A stretch of DNA of 64,000 bases from Vitrella brassicaformis CCMP3155. Lineage: Eukaryota > Protista > Chromerida. The position numbers and the translations under genes were made by a program. Numbering within the stretch: position 1 is the stretch's first letter; the number at the start of each line of letters is the position of its first letter. The stretch lies in the NCBI GenBank assembly GCA_001179505.1, contig CDMY01000138.1:120244-184243 (forward strand), read 5' to 3'. The notes beneath the pieces are model-generated. The model worked only from the letters and a program-made list of their open reading frames with translations. It searched no databases and had not been told where the DNA came from. Positions 1 through 11,956 of this stretch are shown here, one piece after another.

Positions 1-77
1 AGCCGACACAAACAAACGTTGCTCACCTGTCTGTCTGTGTGTGCGTGTGTCTATGGCTTACATACGCATCTGCGTAG

Positions 78-1489
78 AGCCCTATCGACATCAGGAAGGA
101 CGAGGTGAAGAAGGGGGCGTCGGTGGTCAGCTTCTTTTACCCGCCACTGGAGGAGGAAATCACCATCTTCTGGTCAGCCTGCTGCCCTCTCGTTGTATAC
201 ACGAAAATGCACTTTGTGTGTCTGTGTGTGTGCACAGGAACGATATATTCGTGGACGGAGAGCTGAGGGATCCGGACGGCACAGAGGACTTTGGGTATCT
301 CCAGTACCAATCAAAGAAATTCGTCGCCGTGTCGTAAGCAAGCCAAGCCAGAACGCACACCTGCCTGCCTGCCTGCCTTCCTGCCTTGATTGTGCCCTGC
401 TCCTTGTCCAGCTTTCACTTCCACTCACGGTCGGAACACACGTTCGACGGCAAACAGTTCCCCCTGGAGATGCACATTGTGCACGTGCGAACCGACAATG
501 ATCAAACCCTGCGTGAGTGGCCCACAGAATGACTGCTTTACTGCCTTACTGCTGGTCTGTCTGTCTGTGTGTCGACTGACTGACAGCTGAGTTTGCGGTT
601 CTCGGTTTTCTGTTCGCGGAAGGCCCAAAGACGAATACGTTCCTTCGGTCTCTCGGTAAGCACATTCACGTGCGGCTGCGGAACGATTTTCATAGAATGT
701 GTGCACACGCGGGTGTCATTCGGTGCACATATATGCAGAAAACCCAGATGGCAGGCCCAGGATCCCTTCAGTCGATGCGCCAGACGTCATGTATACAGTC
801 GACGCAGACCTCTCCGAGCTCGGCCAGTTCGCAGCGGATTCCAAGATCTTCCACTACCCTGGTTCGCTCACAACGCCCCCCTGCACGCAGGCAAGCGACT
901 ATCACAGGGGAATTCGCCTCTTAATCGGTGGAGCTTGCGTCTTTCTTGCCCTGCTTGTCAGGCTGTGAATTGGTTTGTGGTTGCGGAGCCCTTGCTGGCA
1001 AAGGAAGAGCAGCTCGACTTGTGGGTGAATGCCAACCTCAACGGAAACAGCTTTAGACTCACGCAAAACCCCGAAGTCATCGACGGACAGGTGAACGATT
1101 CACAGGGCACGTTGAGGAACGGCTCGCATGTTGCGCTGTGCGGTGGTGTGCCTGTTCAGACGACGCAGAGGAACGAGCTGGTGGACAGGTTTGGGGTCCT
1201 GAAAATCAATGCCGACTTTGTGCCGTCGCTGTTACCGGTTGAGGCAGGAGTGGTCCCAGACAGTCCCGTGTTCCCTGACGAGATGCGAGATGCAGTCATG
1301 ATGGCATTAGCAAGAGCTGAGAAAAGGGCAAGCTTGTTCGGCCACTTGCAGACAGCAGAGAGAGAGCGACATGGCCCAGCAGAGGGAGAGAGCGACATGT
1401 GGCTCTCTGACATCCTCAATTCTCTGAAGGCAAAGCTGGATCAAAGACACACACAAGTGATGGGAGGGAGCCCGTACGGACTGAACTGA
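78..1489 (+). CDS. Alpha-class carbonic anhydrase, 5' partial, multi-exon, with a C-terminal extension
   Basis: Spliced exons give SPIDI (from 78), FHFHSRSEHTFDGKQFPLEMHIVH (zinc-binding His triad), EFAVLGFLF, FHYPGSLTTPPCTQ|AVNWFVV and NSFRLTQ. These are the standard alpha-CA motifs in order. Stop at 1487-1489. The start lies upstream of the window. Confidence 0.92.
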
Positions 1490-2727
1490 CACAGAGGGAG
1501 GGAGGGAGGCAGGGAGGGAGGGAGGGACGGACGGAGCGAGGGAGCGTGGTGTTTGCTGAGTGGGTGGGTGCCGGGGTAGCCGGCTAGTGGCCTGGCTGAG
1601 TGCGTTGGGTGCCGGGGTAGCCAGCATACATGGCTTGGCTTTCGTATGTTCACACGTTTGTGCCCTTTCATGCTGTGGTGCTTGCACGTGTTCCTGTTTC
1701 ATGCACGTAGCTAAGTGCATCCGTGGCTGCCGGAGTTTCTGTTCAGGCTGGGTCGATTCCGACTCTCGTCTTACATTCATACAGACATGCAGGCATACAA
1801 ACATATAAACGTGTATATTCATTCATACGCTGATCTGGCGCTGTTTTTTGGCAGCTGCCGAAGCAACCCTGCGTACGGTGCATGCATGGGGTGTGTGGTT
1901 TGTGTGGTTTGTGTGGTGAATCCCTTTGTTTTCCATTTTGTGGGTATCTCTGTACGACCTTTGCACTTTGCCTGCCAGATATCCATATTCCTTTGCTCTT
2001 GTGTGTCTCGTGTTGACACGTTCAGTGCGGGAGAGGTGTGGAAAGGGTGTGATTGGCGTGGCTGTGTCGGTCAGGGCTGCTGGGCTGGAGGGTGGTGTGT
2101 GTGGCGGACGCCTGTATTGGTGTGTACTTGTGGGGTGGATGGGATGGACCGCAAGCAAAGAGATCGATCGTAGTCCCGGATGATGTAGCCAGTGCCGGAT
2201 GATGTAGCCTCTGTCTCTTCCTCCTGATGTGCGACAGAGGGTGCTTCATCGTCAAACCAATTGGAGTTGCCTGAATTTTTGTCTTGCTAGTCTCTATGTG
2301 CATCTCTAAGGCCTCGAAAACGAGGCTTCGAGCAGCAAAAGCAGAGTTGGTTCCTGCCTGAAGTAGTGGCGGCAGGTGTACGCACCTTAAGGGTCACGTG
2401 TACGTCACCTGTAGGCTCGTCCAGCGTGTCCTGTGCTTTGTTCCGCGCTATATATAGGGCTTATGACAGTTGTTGGGCCCTATAGATATCAGCATGCACC
2501 CTTGACTATGCTGATGGAAGGAGCCTTGTGATGGAAGGTTTGTGTGTGTGCTTAAGGTCTACATGCACACAATGACTTGCGTATGATGTCTCCCATGACA
2601 CTACCTCAGTCGAAGCTGGTTGTTGGGTTATGTTGTTGTGTGTGTGTGTGAGTGTGTGTGTGAGTGAGTGTGTGTGTGTGTGGTGTTGTGGTGAAACGGC
2701 GTGTGTCTGCTTTTGCGTCCTACATCC

Positions 2728-5700
2728 GAGTTTGCTATGTGTCGTTTTTCTCAATATGCATGTCATCGAAAACATCCGCCCAAAAAGTCAGCTGTGGACA
2801 CACGTGTGTGGGTGAATGACTAACTCACTACTCAGCATACCTATCTGGTTGGCAGATGTAAGGTTGTCCTTTGATGGCATGCAATTTTGAGTGCGCGTGT
2901 GTCTCCCTCCGTATGGTCGGCTGCCTGGCTGGCTGAGTGTGTGTGGTCAGCAGTCATGTGACGATGTGTGGCGTGTGTCTACATAAAGGGGGGCAGCGAA
3001 GGGGACGCAAAGGCGCCCTTCTCTGCACGTCTTGTGCGCTTTGTGCGCGTTTCATACAGTTTCAAGTGAATGGACAGTCGAGCAGTATATGCCACACCAT
3101 GTGCCTCGCAGACAGAGACTCCAAGGGGGAAAGATGAAGAGACACCGATCGACAAGAAACGTGATTCCTCACTGTGTGGATGGATGAATGGATATCGCAA
3201 AATTGCTGGTGTTTGGCATCGACTTCCGCGCCCCTAAACGATTACGGGATGGTACAGCCGTCAGCTTCACGGCCAGCACTCACGATCACGCACACATCGC
3301 AAGGGAGGAAAACATAGGAGCAGACTCTTCATTGGCGACTGTGTCCGTACAAATGCATGGATGGGATAAGTGGCTGGCTGCATGAATGGACTAAGTCCTT
3401 CCCTCGTCAAAACTGCCGCAGACTACAACCACGTGTGCATTGACGTGTCTGCCTGTCCATCCATCCGTCCATATGTGTGAATGGTCTACATGAAAGCCTG
3501 TACAACCATTTGGCCATGAAATGTGTGAGCGTGTACAATGAAAAAGAGCGAAGAAGCCAAACGTATAATGAAACGCACGAAGGCAGCAGACAGTTCACGG
3601 CAGTGTTTAATGCCTCATGTGAGAGAGTGAGAGAGAGCGGGAGAGACGCGTAAGCAGGAAGGCAGGCAGGCTCTCTAGGTACTCAGTACATAAAAACACT
3701 CGCATCGCATTTAATGGCTTACAAAAGCATTCCATCTGGCTGGGCAAGATCAATACCGATTATAGATAGCCTCGTATTCACGCTCCTCAATCCCTAGTAG
3801 CTCATGACAGGGACAGACACACACACAAATTGCACTCACAGGTACGTACGAAGGTAGGAAGGCAGAGGCAGCACTCTTCAGCTGTCCCTCATGCGCTATC
3901 CCTTTGAAATGCCAAAAGGAGGCCTTGCAATGGGCCACATTAGATCGTGAACACTGGAAAAATGTAAAGCGGAGGCGCTATTTACCGCCTCCTGTCTGGC
4001 CCTGCGAATCGTGTCACAGCCGCCCGTGTGTCATCGCCGAGGACGAATGATCCCTCCAGCTTAACAACGTCGTCAGCCGCCTCAAACAGACTGAACCCTG
4101 GGCCATTCGTCTGCCGATATATTTGTACACATCGAGAGCATCACATAAGCAAGCACCATAGACAGATGCAAAGAGCGCTGTATGTATGTATGTATGCATG
4201 CAATCTTCGTCGACCGACTCGCCTACCAGTATTGTTGCCACTGCGTCCACAGTGCCCGCCCGCAACTCGTCGACGAGTTCAGTGATGGGAATCTCGACGA
4301 GTGTCACCTCCAGGCCCAGCTCCTGTGTGACCGCGACGAAGTCGTCGATAAAGAAACACCCGGGGCAGACGCCAACACTCTTGCTGCAGCCACAACAAAT
4401 CCAGCCAAGCGTTACTTACATATACAATGCGCCCTCACTCTCCCCACCCGTCTAGAGAAGAGGGGTCCTCCGTCACGTCAACTGTCGCCAATTCAGAGTC
4501 TTCCTCGACCCACACACCGACCTCGTTAACGAAGCTGCACACACATACACGGACCGACTTATTCAGTGAGCTGACCGACTCATTCAAAGAGCGTGTATAC
4601 TTGACGATGGCGCAGCTCGTATAATCTACCGACTGCGAACGTTCCTCAGTAACCTGATGAGAGAACAAGGCGACGAGCATCAAAGTCGTACGCTTCCACC
4701 CACTCTGACGTACAGAGAAGAAGGTAATGGCATCAACAGTCTCGTCATTCAAAGCCTCTCTAAACTGGAGGAAGAAATCTTCTGTGTTGTCAATAATCGT
4801 GTAATTGGCCTTGATGTCTACGCCATACTCCTAACGGCAAAACAAGCGAGGACCAGAGATGAGGCAACTTGGCCGATATACTTAAAGCGTCGTATGCTGC
4901 ATGTACCCTTGATAGCTCGGGCAGAATCAGCTCATTGACGGCAACATAGTAAGCACCTACACTCCCCGGCTCGGTGGGATCGCTAATGATTGACAGGCCA
5001 ATCTCGAGAATGCCTTCGTCCAGCACCTGCAAGACGCGGAGCCCTCGCATTGACTGACTGGTCCCGTTCTCCTGCCTACCTTCTCAAAGGTTCCCTCGGC
5101 GTCTTCTTTGGCAGGGTAGGAAGCTTCGCAGTCGGGGAAATCAAAGGAGGCCAAAGGGAAGGTAGCATTCAACACGGACAAATGCTCATCCGACTCGCGG
5201 ACCTGAAGCAGACAATGAAACATTTGCAATTGTTTCGGTTATGGATGTGGACCACCTACGTTCTTAATGGCAGTGCTGAGGGCTGCGTTAAGCTGGACGT
5301 CTCCATCGTCACCCGTCACGTAGGGGTTTGCTGGCTCCTTGATCCTCAGGAACTCCAGCAGGTCATCGAGGAGCTCCTCTAGGTCTGCCTTGCTGACCTC
5401 CAGCTGCTTCTCACCCAGCTCCTCGGGGGCGGCCGCCGCCAACCACAACGAAAGAAGGAGGCCGCCGAGGAGAGAGAATACCGAGGGAACCGAGGGGCGT
5501 GACATAAGGTTCCTGTTTGGAGTAGTTTCGGGGCCGCCCGTGTGCGAAGTGCCTCATGCGCCGTTGGGATGGCCAGATTTTCGATGCCAGCCAAATTGAC
5601 TGACGCTGAGCGCAGTGATGACGTCACGGTGACGATGCTGGACGAGAAGAAGATTCGTCGAAGGATAAAGGGATGGACAGATAGAAAGGTACCCAGACAG

Positions 5701-5834
5701 AGATACACAGACCAGCTCCTTTGTTCAGGGTGTGCAGATGCACTCTGCCACATTTTCGTTTCCCGCTTCTGAGTTTTCCCGCTTCTGAGTTTTGTAAAAG
5801 ACACAACAAATTAAAACGAGACAGAGGACACGAG
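2728..5834. repeat. Segmental duplication, copy A (direct repeat of 11957-15191)
   Basis: Colinear similarity seen by eye from gagtttgct(a/g)tgtgtcgtttttctcaat (~2728 vs ~11957) to gaggacacgag (5834 vs 15191), covering introns and flanking non-coding DNA. Confidence 0.88.
3982..5505 (-). CDS. Secreted extracellular solute-binding protein family 3 (PBPb/SBP_bac_3-like), about 340 aa, 8 exons
   Basis: Phase-consistent exons 5505-5260, 5202-5080, 5026-4907, 4830-4714, 4653-4601, 4534-4448, 4383-4227 and 4110-3982. Signal peptide MSRPSVPSVFSLLGGLLLSLWLAAAA. Type-2 periplasmic-binding motifs: GILEIGL, ALNDETVDAITFFSVTEERSQSVDYT, SLDGKSVGVCPG and ELRAGTVDAV. The 3' end is uncertain because a possible donor (gtaaat) overlaps the stop. 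Confidence 0.78.
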
Positions 5835-7364
5835 CTGAGTGAACTTGCCGACGACGACGAGAATCGCGACATCAGAGCTCCCGCCCGCCCCCCACCCTCA
5901 CATCCCTCACATCCATCACAACCGTCACCGGCCTCTCTACCGGCCAAGGGCGCCACTGGCAGGTGCCGTCACTCGAGAGGGTGCACATCAAGAGGCCGAG
6001 AAGCTGGGGCATTTCGGGAGGGTGGGTGGAGCAGGAAACGTTGGGGGGGCTGGTGGCGTCGTCGCGGTGCCTGAAGCAGCTTCAGGTGGAATGCACTGCT
6101 GAGGCTATGGCTGAGTCGCTGAGGTGCATCCCTGTGGCAGCTGCTGGCCAGCCGGGCCACCTGGTGCAACTCGAGGAGATCGGGACCCTCAGCGTGTTGA
6201 GTGCCAGCGCTGAGAGTTTAAAGCGCCTTCAGGTGTGCGACGAGTCACACAAGACACACAAGATCAGAGAGAGTGGGCGCGAGCTTGCTGCATGTGAGTT
6301 TTGTCTCTGTGCACGCCGTCCTTGTCGACCGTGGCTGCCGCTCCAGCAAGAGGCTCTGCGTCAAGTTCGAGGACTCCGACATCGACAGCAGCCTCTTCGC
6401 GCCCTGTCGACCATTGAGGCTTTCACCCGCACCGTGTGTGTGAGGCCTGACATCCCCGTCGACATCAACGTCAGCTGCTACTTCGACCTTGGCCTTCTGT
6501 GTGAGGTCCCCACCCGCCCCGCCCCCTCATTCTTCGTGCAGAAGCACATCCAGCAGCTGGCCGCCAGAGCCCTCAGGGCGTCCTTTAGCCTTCGTCCCCG
6601 CCATCTGCCCAGCCCTCTGGACACACCCAGCACCGCTGCCAGCGTTCTCGCGGAATGTGGTGATCACGGGGCCGCACGATTGGGGACCTGACGCTGATGC
6701 CGAGGAGCCCGACCCAGTTGTGCTGGACAGCATGCCCGAGAACGCATTCCCCGCCGCGTCGTCACTATTCCTTTATACCTGCAAGGGGCACGTGATTGCG
6801 CGCAGGCTGCTGACCAAGATGCCCGTCGTGAGGAGAATCCAGCTGTTTTGTAGACACAACTCGACAGAGGAGCAAACGGTGGGTGTGCTGCAGACGGTGG
6901 GCGGGGAGGGGCAGCTGGAGTATTTCGATGTCAGAACCCTGACGGGTGTGGGTGAGGGGGGGCTTGGGTGGGGGGACATAGCGGACAAGCTGCCGACCAT
7001 CTCAGCGCTGTTGATTATCGTACAAGGTGACCAAGTGACCAACAATTAATCGCCTCCATACCTGCCGACTGACCACTCTGATGTCGGCTGCCATCTGTCT
7101 GTGTGTGTGCAGTGCCTGAGGCTTTACGCGGTAGCGATGCCGCCGGCGAGTTCGGCATTGCCTGCGTCAAGTCGCTGCTCAAGATCCGAGGCATCAACCG
7201 ACTTCACTTCGGGCTGGACCAAGCTGGAGGATATAGTTTGAAGCGGCTGGTGGAGGAGCGGACTAATGGCGACACCAATCGATGGGCTTGAGGGGCGGTA
7301 TTGCATCGAGTGGGGCTGGGGGGAAGACTCGGATTTCCTCAATCTCGAACGGCTTGACGCCTAG
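5835..7364 (+). pseudogene. 5'-truncated, frameshifted paralogue of the 8040-10330 gene
   Basis: Matches the 3' two-thirds of 8040-10330 (RHWQVPSLERV, AIEAFTRTVC, PTRPAPSFFVQKHIQQLAA, AAGEFGIACVKSLLKI). It begins at the duplication edge (5835), has several frameshifts, and the acceptor reads gtgcac where the intact copy has gtgcag. Confidence 0.8.
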
Positions 7365-8039
7365 GAGACGACGACATAAGCGACACCTGGATAGCAGAGC
7401 ACCGGCCAGCGTGAGGGAGGGGGAGGTGGGAGCTGGCGGGCCGGCTGCTGACTTGTAGCTCATTCGTTTCGTTTCATTGTGGCCGCTGGCAGTATGTACC
7501 GGTCGCTGCTTTTCGCTTGAGAGACACTGCCCGCCAGCGGCTAGAGGCGCTGTGGGCTGAGGGTGGTCACGGTTTGTATACATGTGCGTCGGTCACGTTT
7601 GTGTGTGTTCTCTCCATGCATCCATCCATTCACTCATTCCACTATCGTTAGTTGGCTGCGTAATATACACTTCCTCACTGCTGGGTGATGGCGTTGCATT
7701 CTTGAGTGTTGGCTGGTGTGTGACGAGAGGGACAGGGAGGGACAAGGAGGGAGGGAGGGGAGATGCCCGCCTGCATGGACGCATATGGGTGAAATCAATC
7801 GCGTTGTCGTGTCGAAGCCACAGCGCTTTTTGCATGAGCATTTATACATGCGATGCATACTGGGCGTCCTCTTCTCTCTTCTCTGTCTGTCAGGTCGGCC
7901 GCCCGTGGGTGTGTTGGCGCGCGGCCACCTCACGAGGTGGGTGCCGCTTGAAACCCTCGCGTAACGCCATTCAAAATAAAAAGAGCTCCTTTGAGCCATC
8001 CAATCGGCAGACGACGTCTGTTTGGTGAACAAGTGAGCG

Positions 8040-10330
8040 ATGACTGAGTCGGCATCGAAGCGACAGACTCTGAGGCGGGCTGAGGGAGAGGATGACTCGG
8101 ATGACGGACACCAGGAGGCCGTAATGGACTCCGACGGCCAGCAGCAGCAGCAGCAGCAGGCCACGGCATCGCACACCACTCACAGCATAGATTTGGAGGC
8201 CTTCGCTCTTCGCTTCGGCCAAATCGTAAGATGCAGCCACCAAGACCACTGGCAAACACACACATCCTCATCGTTTCCTCTCTCTGTGTCTGTGTGGTGT
8301 GTGTTGACACTCAGCCGGTTGTCGTCGCCTACGTCTTTTCGTTCGTGTCACTTCATTTGGTGGCGGCGCTGCCCCAGCGGCTGTGGCGCCACGTCGGCTC
8401 CCAGATCACCCGGCTGGTCATGGACACCTACGACACGGCCGAGCGGCGCTTCTGGTGCGGCCTGTCATTCGCCGAAGCCTTCGAGTGGGGCCGGCGGCTC
8501 ACACCGCTCAACTCAATTGTCGTCAAGTATCCCTATGCCCTCCGCATCCCCAGTGAAACTCCTGGCCACCGCATCCCTCATCGGCGGGGGCGACACGATG
8601 ATGACCGCCACTCTCTGTCGCCGGTGAACAAGAAGATCTTCACGGCATTGGTGGAGGGCCACAGCGAGGGGCGGAGAGCCGCAGCGGCCACAGCAGCCGG
8701 GCAGCAGGCGCCAACCACCTTGGAGTCCATCGACATAAGCGAGGGCCAATCGGCCATAGTCGTCGACGAGGACGAGGGTCGCGACATAGGAGCTGGACAG
8801 CTGGCGACGGTCAACCCGCCCCTCAACCCGCCCCTCAACCCGCCCCTGACCCTCACATCGCGCAAGGGCATTACCACCAGCGGATATGGGCTCTCCTGTC
8901 CCGGCCGCGGGCGCCACTGGCAGCTGCCGTCGCTTGAGAGAGTCCAGGTGCGAGAAATGGTGGATTACGGTGAGGTGTTGGGGGACCTGGTGGCCACGTC
9001 ACGGCGCCTCAAGGAGCTGCAGGTGGAATGCACTGCCGCGAAGCTGGCTGGGTCGCTGCGGCGCATCCCCACGGCAGCGGCCGGCGGGCCGGGCCCGCTG
9101 TCACAGCTCGAGGACATCGGAACCCTCATCGTGAGAGCTGGCGCCGGGGGTCTGGAGGGCCTGCAGGTGAGCAGCGAACCACACAAGATAAACTAGATCA
9201 GACAGAGTGGGGGAAGGCTTGCTTGTGATGTGCGTGTCTGTGTGCAGAGGGTTCTTGTCGACCGTGGCTGCCGCTCCATCAAGAAGCTCAGCATCAAGTT
9301 CAAGGGCTCCGACATCGACAGCAGCATCTTCGAGACCCTCTCGGCCATCGAGACCTTCACCCGCACCGTCTGTGAGAGGCCTGACATCCCCGTTGACATC
9401 GACGAGGCCGACGAGCGCTTCGACCTCGACATCCTGTGTGAGGTCCCCACCCGCCCCGCCCCCTCATTCTTCGTGCAGAAGCACATCCAGCAGCTGGCCG
9501 CCAAAGCCCTCGAAGTGTTCTTCGACACCCTTCCCAACCACCTCACCGCCCCTCACGACACGCCCAGCCCCGCTGCCATCGTCCTCACATCATCCCTGAC
9601 ATTCCCCAAGGCGACGAGGGTGGAGGTGGTGGACCAGGATGATGATGATGATGATGATTGGGAGCCTGACGATGACGCCGAACAGCCCGACCCACTTGTG
9701 CTGGACAGCATGCCCCACAACGCATTCCCCGCCGCATGGGCGCTGACCGTCCACAGCCGCAAGGGGTACGCCATTGGCCGCAGGCTGGTGACCAAGATGC
9801 CAGCAGTCAAGAGCATTCTTCTCTTCGACCCGACAGAGGAGCAAGCAGTGGGGGTGCTGCAGGCGGTGGGCGGGAAGGGGCAGCTGGAGTATTTCGATGT
9901 CAGAACCACCCTGACGGGTGTGGGTGAGGGCGGGCTGACGTGGGGGGACATGGCGGATCAGCTGCCCACCATCAAAGAGCTGCGTGTTCGTGTAGAGGGT
10001 GAGCTGCAAGCAATCGCCTCAATCAGCTCTCCCTCCTGCCTACTTGTGTGTGCAGTGCCTGAGGATTTGGGTGATGGCGATGCCGCTGGCGAGTTCGGCA
10101 TTGCCTGCGTCAAGTCGCTGCTCAAGATCCAAGGCATCGAGGAGCTCATTTTGCAGCCGGGGCCCAACGAGGCCTTCAAGCGGCTGGTGGAGGAGCGGAC
10201 TGATGGCGACAGAATCGAGGGGCTGGAGGGGCGGTATGACATCAGCTGGACGGATGATGAGGAAGATGAGGAAGATGAGGAAGGTGCGCTCATTCTCATA
10301 CCACTCGACGCTGCCGGCCTGGCTGGATGA
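8040..10330 (+). CDS. Uncharacterised lineage-expanded family protein with a degenerate N-terminal F-box-like segment, 4 exons
   Basis: Exons 8040-8225, 8315-9166, 9248-9998 and 10056-10330 with GT-AG introns; the last intron is 57 nt, in frame and stop-free. IPVVVAYVFSFVSLHLVAALPQRLWRHVG resembles an F-box. Repeated LxxL-type segments (LPSLERV, LKELQV, LSQLEDIGTL) suggest LRR-like units. NPPL is repeated three times. Confidence 0.85.
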
Positions 10331-11250
10331 GTGTGCCGTTTTTGGGTGGGTGGGTGGGTGGGTGGGTGAGTGGGTGAATGGACTGACTCGCTGCCTCTAT
10401 CTCTCTGCGTGCCTGTGTGCGTGCCTGTGTGCGTGCCTGTGTGCCTGTGTGTGTGTGAGCTGCCTGGCGGGATGGCTGGATGTGTGCGTCTGTGCGCGGC
10501 TGGCTGGCTGGCTGGCTGGATGGATGGAGTGGGTGGGTGGGAGGAAGGGCACTCGCAGCCTCTCTTTATCTCACTGTATGCCTGTGTGTGTGGGGGGGGC
10601 AGTCATCCTGACTGGCGGGATGGATGAAGTGGGAAAGGTGGGAGGGTGGGGATGACAGGAGGCAATATGACACTATCTTGTCTGCATGGATGTGCCGTTT
10701 TTGAGTGACTGGGTGGGAGGACGGTGTATGTGCTGCCATGCGGCTGGCTGGATGGATGAGTCGGTTGGGTGGATGTCTCTCTGACTCACTGGTGGGGACA
10801 TGCAGTGGGGAGGGAAGGGTGTGCCTGTCGCAGAACAGCCCATACATACAAGGAGGCTATATGGCGAGGATGGTGTAGGTGGGTCGCGTCAAAGAGACGT
10901 GTGGCCGAGCAACAGAGTAAGGTGTAGGTGTAAACCGCAAAGGTACAGTGTACGTAGATAGGAATTCGCAAAGTGACTCTCTAGTGTTGTGTTATGGCTG
11001 CATGAGCTGGATGCGTGTACCGTTTTTGGTGGGTGGGTGAATGGACTGACTCGCTGCCTCTCTGCGTGCCTCTCTGTATGCCTGCGTGTGTGGGCTGCCT
11101 CCTGGGATGGATCGTTGCGAGTGCCGTTTTGGGGTGTGTGTGGGGGAAGGCACCATGCAGCTGCCGCACCCTCTCTTTATACCCGTGTTCGCGCGGCTGC
11201 CTGGCTGGCTGGATGGATGGATCCATGTGCCGTGTGTCCCATTGATTTAT
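10331..11250. repeat. Locally repeated non-coding units downstream of the F-box-like gene
   Basis: The block ccgtttttg...(gggt)n...gaatggactgactcgctgcctct occurs at ~10335 and ~11020. The shorter gtgccgttttt(g) also occurs at ~10692 and ~11121. Confidence 0.55.
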
Positions 11251-11956
11251 TTTCTTGAATGTCCTGCTATCGATCATATCGGCAAACCTATGGCGGGCCA
11301 GTGTTGGACAGACACGACGTCTCAGAACGGATTGTGTACGGCACCGAGAGATAGGTACGGTTTGGCTACCTTGCATGCGCGCGCTTCTCGACTGCCGGTG
11401 GTGTGTGTTGGGGTGCATTGCTGTCCGTCAGGTCAGCGCATCAATTAGCTGATGTCTAGAACGATGTGAGAGGCAGGGAGGGAGGGGGGGGGAGGGGTGC
11501 CACAATGGAGGGATGCTCTCATGCGTGGCTGACATGCATGGGGTGGGATACTGAAGCTGCATGGCTCGTGGATGAATGCGTGTGCTGGGCTTGTTGAGAC
11601 ACAAAGCATCGAAAGCTGAGGAACGTCTGTACGATCAGGTCACTAGCTGCCTGGCTGTCTGTCTGTCTGTCTGCCTGTCTGTGAGTGCCATTCATTCGGT
11701 CAAGCCATGCACCAGTCAGCCAACCAGCCAGCTGCTTGTTGACATGTGCAGGTAGGTCAAGTTTTCGCAGACAGAACGTCCCACCGCTTACATGCATTGC
11801 AAACTCTCCGTGTGGAGTGAGTGGTTGATCGACACACGGCCTATGTCAAGCAGTCCGTCCATCTGCATGAATGGCACCACCCCCCTCAGTCACCGACACG
11901 TATAGCCAGCCAGCCACCCAGCCAGGCCTCACGCTCACACACTAGCCGATGCTAGA

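Noticed and set aside
2173-2210. ccggatgatgtagcc repeated twice; similar short doublets at 52525-52558
   Set aside because: Only two units and no spacer array; simple slippage duplications, not CRISPR or snoRNA evidence.
2447-2460. TATA-like ctatatataggg
   Set aside because: No downstream gene or TSS evidence, so a single motif is not informative.
4028-4938. Plus-strand ORFs (e.g. IQSLSKLEEEIFCVVNNRVIGLDVY) that look protein-like, including an apparent plus-strand intron in copy B
   Set aside because: They are antisense shadows of the minus-strand solute-binding protein exons. Only the minus strand has a start, signal peptide, polypyrimidine tracts and eight phase-consistent exons.
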